15,316 nt of DNA from Chlamydiae bacterium RIFCSPHIGHO2_12_FULL_49_11 (GCA_001794905.1 MGLW01000002.1:1-15316), one strand, 5' to 3'. Counted from the stretch's first letter, positions 1 to 8,618 are shown. Program-made: numbers and translations. The notes: generated by a model not told the origin, from the letters alone.

Positions 1-1
1 C

Positions 2-229
2 CCCATCATCGGCGCCATCTTCAGCGAAAATACGAAACTCGTTACGAAACACAACGTCATCATGTTCATCAAGCCGCGCATTATCAAGTCTGAAGATATC
101 TATCAGGAAGTAACGGCAACGCAGGTGGATCTGTATACAAGTCCGAATCAATCGGTTCCGGAAGACAGCGATGCCGGGCTTGACCTCTTGGAAAACGATG
201 ACACGACCGAGTCGATTGACGGTGATTGA
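2..229 (+). CDS. sctC: C-terminal fragment of an outer-membrane secretin, most likely the type III secretion ring SctC/CdsC (5' truncated by the window edge)
   Basis: Not in the ORF track; translated by hand. Frame +2 reads PIIGAIFSENTKLVTKHNVIMFIKPRII...ESIDGD* (TGA 227-229), matching the secretin C-terminal signature (P.IG.LF...N..IFIKP.II). A T2SS GspD cannot be excluded from this fragment. Confidence 0.72.
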   Translation, partial: PIIGAIFSENTKLVTKHNVIMFIKPRIIKSEDIYQEVTATQVDLYTSPNQSVPEDSDAGLDLLENDDTTESIDGD

Positions 230-244
230 TCTTTATGATACGCT

Positions 245-1303
245 ATGTTTATGTTGCATATTCTTATCTTTCTGATACCGATTTTCCTCCTTGCTCGGGG
301 GGATTTCAAGCCGAAACTCGATTATACCTTGCAGGATAGGTACCTGCTCCATAAAAAGTCCCCTTTTTCCGAATTCAATGAAGTAGAGAAAGCTACGCTT
401 TGGGGGAAGGAATATTATATCGGCACCCACTTTGCCAAATCTCTCGATCTCTACCAGGCGATCACCTCTTTCAAGCGAGCCAATATCCTGATTCCCGACG
501 AATTTTTAGAGCGGAAACGGCAGATTGAGTACCAAATCCTCTTTGCCTATTATTTGGGGAAAAAATATCAGGATGCGGTTGACGTATTTGAAAGCTCTCT
601 CCTGTCGGGGGTTGACGGTTCTTTTTCCGCCTACCACGACCTTTTGGTCATCCTGTTCGAATCGTACACGAAAGTGGAAGAGCGCGATAAAGCAAAAGTG
701 GTGCTCCGCCTCCTGGACAAAAGCTACCCCATGACGGCAAAAAAGCTGGAACTGTCCGAAGCCATTCTGACGGCGCGTATCGATGACATCCGGACCCTTT
801 CCGACTTTGCAGCGACGGAGGAAGAGGTCAAAACGCTGATTGCAAAACAGAATGAAGGGTCGGTGCAGCTTGCCGTCGATCAGGGATCGGTATTACCGGA
901 AGACAAGATCACCTTTTTGCAAGACCTTATTGACTGTCAAAAAAGCACGCGCAAGATTGCCAAAGAATTCCTACGGCATCGCAAGAGTCCTCTCCTTGCA
1001 CAGCTGCTCAATGCCGTTATCCCGGGAACGGGCTACCTTTACCTCGGCCAGAAGCAAACGGCCGTCACCGCACTGGCTGTCAATTCCCTTTTCATCGCTT
1101 CGATGGCCTATTTTTTCGCAAAGCAGAATTATCCTGCAGGAATTATTGCCACCTCGTTTGAAATCGGCTGGTACTTTGGCGGCATCCTGGGGGCAAAAGA
1201 AAATGCGAATATTTATAACGAGAAGCTTTACGAAGATAAGGCTCATTACCGGCTTCGCGATCACCGGCTGTACCCTGCCCTGGTTCTCTGCTATGGTTTT
1301 TAG
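245..1303 (+). CDS. Conserved chlamydial-type membrane protein: N-terminal signal peptide, TPR-like helical region, C-terminal TM2-like hydrophobic domain
   Basis: 352 aa. Hydrophobic N-terminus (MFMLHILIFLIPIFLLA), TPR-like repeats (YQAITSFKRA; AYYLGKKYQDAVDVFE), and KSP.LA.LLN.VIPG.GYLYLGQ followed by hydrophobic helices. Sits directly upstream of a yidD-like gene. Confidence 0.75.
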   Translation: MFMLHILIFLIPIFLLARGDFKPKLDYTLQDRYLLHKKSPFSEFNEVEKATLWGKEYYIGTHFAKSLDLYQAITSFKRANILIPDEFLERKRQIEYQILFAYYLGKKYQDAVDVFESSLLSGVDGSFSAYHDLLVILFESYTKVEERDKAKVVLRLLDKSYPMTAKKLELSEAILTARIDDIRTLSDFAATEEEVKTLIAKQNEGSVQLAVDQGSVLPEDKITFLQDLIDCQKSTRKIAKEFLRHRKSPLLAQLLNAVIPGTGYLYLGQKQTAVTALAVNSLFIASMAYFFAKQNYPAGIIATSFEIGWYFGGILGAKENANIYNEKLYEDKAHYRLRDHRLYPALVLCYGF

Positions 1304-1670
1304 TTTGATGATGCTATTTTTTACGACCTTGTTTGCCCATTCCGGCTTTGAGGCGCCGTGGGGCAAAGATAGTGAATTGAATCGGGAGCATTTTACCTAT
1401 ATCGACCCCGCTCCCTCGGCCGATCTGTTAGCAAAAGGGATCGAATCGGTCATCCTATTCCACCAAAACGTCATCTCCCCGATTGACGGTCCCAGGAGCC
1501 ATTTCCGTCCTACTTCATCGCGTTACATGCTCCTTGCCATTCGTCGCTACGGATTTCTGCAAGGCTACCTGATGGGATGCGACCGACTCCTCCGCGAAAA
1601 CTCCGATCCCTGGGTATATCCCAAAGTCAAAATCGGATCCAAAACCTACCTTTTCGACCCTACTTATTGA
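1293..1670 (+). CDS. yidD: YidD/haemolytic-domain family protein (membrane protein insertion efficiency factor-like)
   Basis: The C-terminal part of the 840..1670 ORF has FHQNVISPIDGPRSHFRPTSSRYMLLAIRRYGFLQGYLMGCDRLLR, which fits the YidD pattern. The true start is probably ATG 1293 (overlapping the upstream gene's end) or ATG 1308/1311. Confidence 0.8.
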   Translation: MVFSLMMLFFTTLFAHSGFEAPWGKDSELNREHFTYIDPAPSADLLAKGIESVILFHQNVISPIDGPRSHFRPTSSRYMLLAIRRYGFLQGYLMGCDRLLRENSDPWVYPKVKIGSKTYLFDPTY

Positions 1671-2395
1671 GAGGGGCTCACAGGAGTTGGTATCTGCTGC
1701 TCGGCGAGGCTCATAGAAAATCCTTCATAAAAATCGACCAATTCCCGTTTCCCGAGTTTCTCTGCAAAATTCTTGCACATCTCGCTAATAATCAAATAAT
1801 CCATTGGAACAGTCTGAGGATTTATTTCTTTGAAAGCTCTTTGTAATGCTGTAATGTCTTCTTCCAAATACATACGATGAGATTGTCGTATTCTTTCTTC
1901 GTCTTTTTTTTGTTTTCTCAGGCATTTTTTTTCATGATTGAATTCACTATTTGTTTGGGCAATTAGTAACGGCCCTACTATTACAGAAAGGGAACCCGCT
2001 CCTATTAGAACCCCTGCCGATAGCCCCAAAATCCAGCCAAGAGCCAAACTACTCACAGGCCCGAAAATACCCAGCCCTCCTAAAAGAAGCAGAACGCCGA
2101 GAGCAGTTATGAGCACCCCACCGATCGTGAGCCAAATTCCGTCGCATCGCTCTCGCTCATCTTTCATTTCGGCTTTCCCCAAATCTACTGCCCTGAGATT
2201 CGAATCCTTCTCATAGCTCTCGAGTTCTACCACTCGTGTCATCCTTTGCAATGTGTCTGCGGAAATATCGGAAACATTTATGGTTGTTAAACTGGAAGGC
2301 AGTCTTAAATTAGATTTAGGTTGTTGTAAAATATCTATTTTCACAGAACTAGTATAGGATTGGGTGAATTGGCTACATGGTTCTAGTGGCTTCAT
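1664..2395 (-). CDS. Putative inclusion-membrane (Inc-like) protein / T3SS effector
   Basis: 243 aa. S/T/Q/P-rich N-terminus, one ~60-aa bilobed hydrophobic stretch (GIWLTIGG...VIVGPLLIA), then a charged coiled-coil-like segment. SD AAGGAG 5 nt before the ATG. AT-richer than its neighbours. Confidence 0.7.
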   Translation of the reverse strand: MKPLEPCSQFTQSYTSSVKIDILQQPKSNLRLPSSLTTINVSDISADTLQRMTRVVELESYEKDSNLRAVDLGKAEMKDERERCDGIWLTIGGVLITALGVLLLLGGLGIFGPVSSLALGWILGLSAGVLIGAGSLSVIVGPLLIAQTNSEFNHEKKCLRKQKKDEERIRQSHRMYLEEDITALQRAFKEINPQTVPMDYLIISEMCKNFAEKLGKRELVDFYEGFSMSLAEQQIPTPVSPSQ

Positions 2396-2400
2396 AATTA

Positions 2401-2449
2401 CTCCTTAATTTGATGAATTAATTATTATACAATTAATATAATTGGTCAA
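2401..2449 (-). promoter_or_regulatory. RBS and candidate sigma66/70 promoter of the Inc-like gene
   Basis: Minus strand TTGACC (2449-2444), then TATAAT at 14 nt or AATAAT at 17 nt, then AAGGAG (2406-2401). The spacing is imperfect. Confidence 0.45.
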
Positions 2450-2454
2450 CTATA

Positions 2455-3771
2455 TCATTTTTTTTGGTGTTTTGCTTTGACAATGAGAGAAATGGGACAT
2501 CCTTTCAAATCAAAACTTTCCCGTAGGAAATTGAGAAGATAGCGCCGGTAACCGGGCGGGAGGAGGTGAGAGTAGTTCACAAAAATTTTAATTCTAATCG
2601 GCCGTGCTGTGATCTGCGCGATATAATAGATCCGGAGCCGTTTGCCGTCCATGGCAGGGGGATGGTTTTGCTGCATGGCCGATTCCAAAAAGCGGTTGAG
2701 GGGGCCGGTTTGGATCCGCTGAGAGAGGCGCTCAAAGAGGGCAATGCACTCGGGCACAATTTTATCGATATTGCGCCCCATCTTTGCCGAACCGATGATG
2801 ACGGGGCAAACGGCCAGAAACGGAAAATTTATTTTGAGGTATCGGAGAATCGCTTCCATCTGTACATTCTCCACCTGGTCCCACTTGTTGATGAAAAGAA
2901 TGCACCCCTTCTCCTTTTCTTCAATGAGGGTAGCAATCCTTTTTTCAAAAGCGGTCAGCCCCTCCGTAGCATCGATCAGAAAGAGGCACATATCGGAGCG
3001 TTCGATCGCATCTTCGGCGCGCATGAAGGCAAACTTGTCCACCGTCGTTTTTTCGGCCTGTTTCTTGCGAATTCCGGCCGTATCGATGAAAATCACCCCG
3101 TCCTTGAATATATCGAGTGTGTCTCTGGTGGTACCCGCGAGAGGGCTGACGAGCGACCGGTCGTACCCGCACAGGGCATTGATGAGGGTCGATTTCCCCA
3201 CATTAGGCCTGCCGACAATGGCTACTTTAGGGAAGACGACTTCTTCCTCTTCCTCATTGGGGATGAGCGGGTTAATCGCTTCAAGAAGATCGGCAAACTG
3301 GTGGCCGTGGAGGGCGGAAATCGAAAAAATACGTTCTGCATCAAAGGCGTAAAAGCCCGGATCAAACGGTACGTGTGCCGGATCGTCGACTTTATTGACA
3401 AGAAGCCACACGGGCACTTTCGGATGCCGGCTGCGGATAAACCGGGCCACCCGCTCGTCTTCGGGGGCCGCCCCGATTCTGCCGTCGACCACGAGGAGGA
3501 TCAGGTCGGCCTCAAGCAACATCACCCCTACCTGCTCTTTAATTTCGGCATGGTAAGGAATTATTTCATGGACATCGACCCCTCCCGTATCGATAAGGCG
3601 AAAAGGCTTGCCAAAAGCGTCCACCTTTCCCTCAAGAAGGTCGCGCGTGACCCCTTCCTCATCCTCGACGATAGCCTGTCTTGATCTCGTTAGTCTATTA
3701 AATATCTGCGACTTACCAACATTCGGGCGTCCAACGAGGACCGCAGTAAACGATCCGTCTTTCTGTTCCAT
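2455..3771 (-). CDS. der: Ribosome biogenesis GTPase Der (EngA)
   Basis: Two tandem G domains (GRPNVGKS twice; DTGG/DTAG; NKVD/NKWD) and a C-terminal KH-like domain (KRLRIYY...YRRYLLNFLRESF). Confidence 0.97.
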   Translation of the reverse strand: MEQKDGSFTAVLVGRPNVGKSQIFNRLTRSRQAIVEDEEGVTRDLLEGKVDAFGKPFRLIDTGGVDVHEIIPYHAEIKEQVGVMLLEADLILLVVDGRIGAAPEDERVARFIRSRHPKVPVWLLVNKVDDPAHVPFDPGFYAFDAERIFSISALHGHQFADLLEAINPLIPNEEEEEVVFPKVAIVGRPNVGKSTLINALCGYDRSLVSPLAGTTRDTLDIFKDGVIFIDTAGIRKKQAEKTTVDKFAFMRAEDAIERSDMCLFLIDATEGLTAFEKRIATLIEEKEKGCILFINKWDQVENVQMEAILRYLKINFPFLAVCPVIIGSAKMGRNIDKIVPECIALFERLSQRIQTGPLNRFLESAMQQNHPPAMDGKRLRIYYIAQITARPIRIKIFVNYSHLLPPGYRRYLLNFLRESFDLKGCPISLIVKAKHQKK

Positions 3772-3777
3772 GGAAAC

Positions 3778-3806
3778 ATCATACTAAATTTGATGAATTT
3801 CTTCCA
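3778..3806 (-). promoter_or_regulatory. Candidate promoter of der (possibly leaderless)
   Basis: Minus strand TGGAAG-N17-TATGAT, 6 nt before the ATG at 3771; no SD. Confidence 0.4.
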
Positions 3807-3810
3807 TTTT

Positions 3811-6800
3811 TCAATGTTTTTCAAAGAGTTGGATGAGTTCTTCGAGGGTAAGCTTTTTGATTGCTTGCTCTTCGTCATAGGAAAGGATCTGACGCATCAG
3901 CCCCTTTTTGCTTTCAATCAGGGCGTGGATATTTTCCTCAATCGTATTTTTAGTCACAAACTTGAAAACGATGATCCCCCGCTTTTGCCCGATGCGGTGG
4001 ACGCGGTCGGTCGCCTGGTCTTCTTTTGCAGGGTTCCACCACCGGTCAAAGTGGACAACCACCGAAGCGGCGGTCAAATCGATTCCCAGGCCTGCCGCGC
4101 CGAGGGAGCCTAGGAAGACTTGCACATTCGGATCGTTTTGGAAAGCGGCCACCTGCTCTTTCCGGTCTTGTGTCGCACCGATAATTTCGGCATATCCGAT
4201 ATTATTCATTTCAAGATAGCGGCGCAAAATGGAAAGCATGTCGAGATAGTGGGAAAAGACGACGAGTTTTTTTCCGGTCGCGAGGGTCTCTTCCAAAATT
4301 TCGACGAACATCTGGAATTTGGAGCTTTCATGCTGGAAGCACCGGTGCAGATCTTTATGAATGAGCGAAGGGTGGTTGCAAATTTGCTTGAGTTCGTTGA
4401 TGAGGCCGAAAATGTGGAGGGTAAAATCTTTCTCACCCGGGCGGGAAAAAAGAACTTCTTTTTTCTTTTCTGCCTCTTCGTACAGTTTTCGTTGTTCGGC
4501 CGAAAGATCGACAAAGAGCACCTCTTCAATTTTCTCCGGCAGGTCGAGGAGGACATCTTCTTTACGCCGTCGCAAAATAAAAGGGCGGACAAGTTTGCGG
4601 ATTTCTTCGAGCTTTTTCTTGTCCTCTTCCCCTTCCTTGATTTTATGTTTCGGCAGGTAGTCGGGTAAAATGAGATCGAAAAGGGCTTTGAGTTCCAATA
4701 TATTGTTTTCTATCGGAGTGCCGGTCACGCCGAGTTTCATTTTCGCCTGCATGACCGAAAGCGCTTTATGGATTTGTGATTTGTGATTTTTGGCAATGTG
4801 CACTTCATCATAAACGGCAAGCTCGTAGTGCAATTTCTTGAAGCGGGCCTCTTCACCGCGCAGGATTCCGTAGGTGGTCAAGATGATTTCAGCCGACTTG
4901 TTGATGCGGCGCGAACTGCGTCCGGTGCCGTGGTAGATGACCATTTTCATCTTGGGCAAATATTTTTTGATGAGCTCTTCCCAGTGGTAGATGACCGAGG
5001 TGGGACATACGATGAGAATCGGTCCCCGGTCTTCTTTTTTTCTTCCCCCGCGGATTGCAGCTATGAGCCCCATCGCCTGGTGCGTCTTCCCGAGACCCAT
5101 TTCGTCCGATAGGAATCCGGAAAGCCCCAGGTTGTACAAAAACCAAAGCCAGCGCAATCCATAAGCCTGGTATGTGCGGAGCTTGCTCTTGAAGCCGCGC
5201 GGCCGCGGCTGTTCGAACAAATTTTCCACGTCAAATCGCAAGATTTTCTCGATGAGTTCTCTTTTTTCCGGTGCCATGGTTTTTGACGGTTTTACTTCAC
5301 GAATGAAAAAAAACTGCATAAGGAGAAGAGTTGACAGCCGCATGCGCCCTTCCCGCACGGGGGCCGATGTAAAAGGAATGATCCAGTTAAACGCTTCATC
5401 TTCCAAATTAAAGCGCCCGATCGGAGTGATGAGGGCTTTTTTTCGATGGGAGAATCCTTCGACCAGGGTTGTAAAGGGAATTGTTCCAGTCCGGTGCCGC
5501 ACATCGATATCGACATCCCAGGCGTGCTTATCCATCTCGATATCATTGAGGACCAAATCGAAATTTTCGACCAGTTCCAGTCTCGGATCGACCGACAAAA
5601 TAAACGGCGTGAGCGTGGGAAATTCGTACTTGAAAAATATGTTCCATGCCGCTTTGGGAATTTCTTTTTCGGTGACGGCAAGTTCCTTGGGTAGATATGA
5701 AATGATCGAGAAAAACCCTTTCTTGTCGAGATATCCGTAAGAGCCGTACAAAATGCAGGACGATTGCAACTCTTCGTCTTCAAATTTGAGCTCGAAGTGC
5801 ATATCGATGTGGGAATCGTCGACAAGGTTGAGAACGAGCCCGCCCTCTTTGACGGGCGATTTTTCAAGGAAAAATCCGCTCACATGCTCAAGCTGCTTTT
5901 GGTATTTGTTGATGAAATTTCCCACCGAGGCAGGTTCGAGAACAATCGGCAATTCTTCGGAAAACAGGGTCTCTTCTTTTTCGAAAAAGCCTTCTCCGCG
6001 CACATAAAACCACGGCCCCAAATCGATCACCTGCTGGTTTTCTTCGAGAACATCCTGCATCACATCGATCGTAAGCTTCCCCTTCTCCACTTTATAGAAG
6101 TATTTAAGGGCAATCTTGGTTAAATGGATATGGAACCCGTCAAACCCGCCAATCCAACTGCGGTTCGATTCAAAAAAGGCGGCAAACTTTTCCACCCTCA
6201 CCAATTTTTCCCGGCCGGCGAACAAACTGCCTTCGGTCACGAAAAACCCTTTATGTTCGATGTATGCATATTTACCGTAAAAGTGTGTTGTTCTCTCGCC
6301 CGGATGGAACAAATGCTTTTGGATATGGAGGGTTTTATGTGCGTCAAAATGAAGGTGGTAGCGCACCTCAATCGGATCGGGACTGATATGCGTATTGGTA
6401 AGGTACGAGCCGATGATCGCCTCGTATTTTTCCAGCAACGGGGCAATTTCTTCTTCGGAAATCTGGATTCTTCCTGCAAACTGAAACGCCCTGTCCATCA
6501 CAAATCCTTGCCCGGGAACAAAATGCAAATCATCCAGAACGCGGGTTTCCTTACCGAGTAAAAAGCGGCACGGCTCTTCTTCGATCCGGAATATTCTCTC
6601 TTCTTCCCGAAACTCGACCGACCTGATTATCGTATTGGAAAAATCAAACACGCGGAAAGGGAGCTTTTTATAACGTAGAAAGCCCAGGAGGGGTTTCCAG
6701 AGTGCTTTAGGAATATAGATTGAAACGGCAGCGTGGGGCGAGGAAAGAAAGATGTACTGAGGGAGCCGATCGGTCCTGTCAAATGAAATATCGATGATCT

Positions 6801-7380
6801 CCTCTTCCAAAAAGAGAATTTTAGCAATCTCGATCCAGACTGACAGTTCGTACGAAAGTGCAAAAGGGGCCTTGCCCATGGACAGGTCGCCGGTTTCTTC
6901 ATCGCTAAACCGGAAAAGATACAACGAGCCTTCTTCCACCCCTCTTTTCTTTTCGAGCAAACTTTTCAGTCCGAAAGCGGGCTTCGGAAAGCGGGCTTCG
7001 AATAAAAGACGGTCCTTTTCTACGATACGCACTTCATTGTCACCGGACAGCGGACCGAAACCGAACTGCTGGGCGATGTAGCGGAAGAGGAAATTTAAAT
7101 AACTCTCGTTAAAAAGGGTATGGAGCGGACGGCCCCGGCTCAAAAGAAATTCTTTTGCCGCATTGAAGTGGGAGCAGCCCGCCTTGCCGCACGAACAGAA
7201 CGAATCTTTGATTTTGGGCGCATTCTCTTCAAATTCAATGAAAAGCTCCGCCTCTTCGCCTGTGGGGCCGCGGACAATAAGCTGGTAGACGCCCTTAGAC
7301 GTAAACTCAAAATCCTCAATAGGAATCGTGCATTTTCCCACCACAAACCGACTCACATGTCCAAAATCCGACAGATACAA
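3811..7380 (-). CDS. SWIM zinc finger plus SNF2/SWI2-family ATPase (chlamydial SWI/SNF helicase)
   Basis: 1189 aa. SWIM motif CSC...CSH; motif I DEMGLGKT; motif II DEVH; TGTPIEN; LINELKQICNHP; motif VI QATDRVHRIGQ. The TTG start is uncertain. Confidence 0.93.
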   Translation of the reverse strand: MYLSDFGHVSRFVVGKCTIPIEDFEFTSKGVYQLIVRGPTGEEAELFIEFEENAPKIKDSFCSCGKAGCSHFNAAKEFLLSRGRPLHTLFNESYLNFLFRYIAQQFGFGPLSGDNEVRIVEKDRLLFEARFPKPAFGLKSLLEKKRGVEEGSLYLFRFSDEETGDLSMGKAPFALSYELSVWIEIAKILFLEEEIIDISFDRTDRLPQYIFLSSPHAAVSIYIPKALWKPLLGFLRYKKLPFRVFDFSNTIIRSVEFREEERIFRIEEEPCRFLLGKETRVLDDLHFVPGQGFVMDRAFQFAGRIQISEEEIAPLLEKYEAIIGSYLTNTHISPDPIEVRYHLHFDAHKTLHIQKHLFHPGERTTHFYGKYAYIEHKGFFVTEGSLFAGREKLVRVEKFAAFFESNRSWIGGFDGFHIHLTKIALKYFYKVEKGKLTIDVMQDVLEENQQVIDLGPWFYVRGEGFFEKEETLFSEELPIVLEPASVGNFINKYQKQLEHVSGFFLEKSPVKEGGLVLNLVDDSHIDMHFELKFEDEELQSSCILYGSYGYLDKKGFFSIISYLPKELAVTEKEIPKAAWNIFFKYEFPTLTPFILSVDPRLELVENFDLVLNDIEMDKHAWDVDIDVRHRTGTIPFTTLVEGFSHRKKALITPIGRFNLEDEAFNWIIPFTSAPVREGRMRLSTLLLMQFFFIREVKPSKTMAPEKRELIEKILRFDVENLFEQPRPRGFKSKLRTYQAYGLRWLWFLYNLGLSGFLSDEMGLGKTHQAMGLIAAIRGGRKKEDRGPILIVCPTSVIYHWEELIKKYLPKMKMVIYHGTGRSSRRINKSAEIILTTYGILRGEEARFKKLHYELAVYDEVHIAKNHKSQIHKALSVMQAKMKLGVTGTPIENNILELKALFDLILPDYLPKHKIKEGEEDKKKLEEIRKLVRPFILRRRKEDVLLDLPEKIEEVLFVDLSAEQRKLYEEAEKKKEVLFSRPGEKDFTLHIFGLINELKQICNHPSLIHKDLHRCFQHESSKFQMFVEILEETLATGKKLVVFSHYLDMLSILRRYLEMNNIGYAEIIGATQDRKEQVAAFQNDPNVQVFLGSLGAAGLGIDLTAASVVVHFDRWWNPAKEDQATDRVHRIGQKRGIIVFKFVTKNTIEENIHALIESKKGLMRQILSYDEEQAIKKLTLEELIQLFEKH

Positions 7381-7456
7381 TCCATAACGCCACCCTGCAT
7401 ACGGGTATAAAAAAGTCCATGGTAAACGAAAGAAAATTAAAATAAAAGTTAAAGAT

Positions 7457-7772
7457 GGGGAGGAGATGGTAAGCCGGATTCTGTTTTCCGATCATTTGTC
7501 TAGGGAAAGCATCACTGCCTTCCTCAAGCGGCCCTATTAACAGCAGGTTACGTTCGGAACTTTCCTGCCGTCTTCCTTGCACCGGATGGGGTTTACAACA
7601 CTACCGCATTACTACGGCAGGAGCCTTTTCAGGCATCTTTTCACCCAATCATTGTTGGAATTGTCTCTGTTGCACTTTCCGTAGCCTTTCGACCCCCGGC
7701 CTTTCGCCGGCATCCTTTCCTGCGGTGTCCGGACTTTCCTCTGGATTGCTCCAGCGATCGTCTCCCCTCCCC
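7457..7772 (-). ncRNA. rnpB: RNase P RNA, bacterial type A (compact)
   Basis: Minus strand carries GAGGAAAGUCCGGAC, GGAAAGUGCAACAGAGA, GUGAAA, GCAAGG, UAGACAAAUGAUCG and ACAGAAUCCGGCUUAC. P1 (GGGGAG.../...CUCCCC), P5 (CACC/GGUG), P6 (GGAA/UUCC) and P7 (GGAUG/CAUCC) all pair. Confidence 0.97.
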
Positions 7773-7777
7773 AAAAA

Positions 7778-8551
7778 CTAGGTAGATAAAGTTTGGCGTC
7801 TGCGCCGCTTCTTGCCGGCAGCCGCTTCTGCCTCAACGGCAGGCGCCGTTTCCGCCCAGAAGTGGATACGTGAACAATGTTCGCAATATACCGTCTTGTC
7901 TCCCTTGCGCACAAGGTTTTCATGTTGCGGCGTCAAAGCGATATGACACCCTGTGCACACACGGTTTTCCAAAGGAACGACGACGCGGCTTTTTTTATTG
8001 CGGAGCAGTTTTTCATAAATCAGGAGCATGTCGCGGTTCACATTGCCGGCAAGTTCATCTCTCGATTGTTTGAGCGCCGTCCCTTCGGTATTGATTTGCC
8101 GGATCATCTCGTAAATTTCTTCCTCAAGAGCCTTACCGCTTTCGTTCGATTCCTTGATGCTTGCCTTGATTTGCTCGAGAAGCTCTTCTTCCTGGGCCCT
8201 ATCGTCGACATGATCGGAGAGGGTTTGTTCCGCTGACGTCTTTTCTTTTTCGAGCACCTGAATTTCTTTGGTAATGGCATTAAACTCTTCGATTTTTTTG
8301 ATGGAACCTTGTTGCGATTCGAGTTTTTTAATCCTCTCCTTATGCTCTTCGATTTTCGTTTCAAAGAGGGTGCATTCTTCGTTGATTTCTTCGATTTTCT
8401 TTTTTTTGCTCTTGAACTGATCATTCAACTCGGCGCTGAGAGCTCGGATTTCGGCCAGTTGGTCGAGCCTCTGCTTCTTGATTTTCATTAGCCGCATCAT
8501 CTTGATATCGAGCTCTTGAACTTCCAGAATGCCTTTAAGAAAATCTTTCAT
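7778..8551 (-). CDS. cdsZ: CdsZ/CT398-like coiled-coil protein with a C4 zinc ribbon (DUF164)
   Basis: Starts MK..LKGILEVQELDIKMMRLM, followed by a long coiled coil, CTGC...CEHC and a basic tail KKRRRR. Adjacent to rnpB, as in Chlamydia. Confidence 0.9.
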   Translation of the reverse strand: MKDFLKGILEVQELDIKMMRLMKIKKQRLDQLAEIRALSAELNDQFKSKKKKIEEINEECTLFETKIEEHKERIKKLESQQGSIKKIEEFNAITKEIQVLEKEKTSAEQTLSDHVDDRAQEEELLEQIKASIKESNESGKALEEEIYEMIRQINTEGTALKQSRDELAGNVNRDMLLIYEKLLRNKKSRVVVPLENRVCTGCHIALTPQHENLVRKGDKTVYCEHCSRIHFWAETAPAVEAEAAAGKKRRRRQTLST

Positions 8552-8584
8552 TGGTTACACTTCACACGTTAAATTTCGGGGCAC

Positions 8585-8613
8585 ATTGTGACAAATTAGA
8601 GATTAATTAACAA
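8585..8613 (-). promoter_or_regulatory. sigma66/70-type promoter for cdsZ(-rnpB)
   Basis: Minus strand TTGTTA-N17-CACAAT with a TGn extension. Confidence 0.55.
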
Positions 8614-8618
8614 GAAAA

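Noticed and set aside
329-338. Isolated TTGCAGGATA matching one tandem-repeat unit
   Set aside because: A single 10-mer inside a CDS; plausible by chance once both strands and all rotations of the unit are allowed.
840-1292. Long N-terminal extension of the YidD ORF (276 aa)
   Set aside because: It overlaps the 245..1303 gene in another frame and shows no protein-like motifs; YidD similarity begins only after ~1293.
2566-3684. 372-aa plus-strand ORF
   Set aside because: Antisense shadow of der, in register with its codons; no motifs.
3790-7410. Numerous short ORFs within or opposite the SNF2 gene
   Set aside because: Shadow or alternative-frame ORFs without recognisable motifs.
7316-7923. 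ORFs 7316..7582 and 7612..7923 (minus strand)
   Set aside because: They overlap the RNase P RNA gene and cdsZ; spurious.
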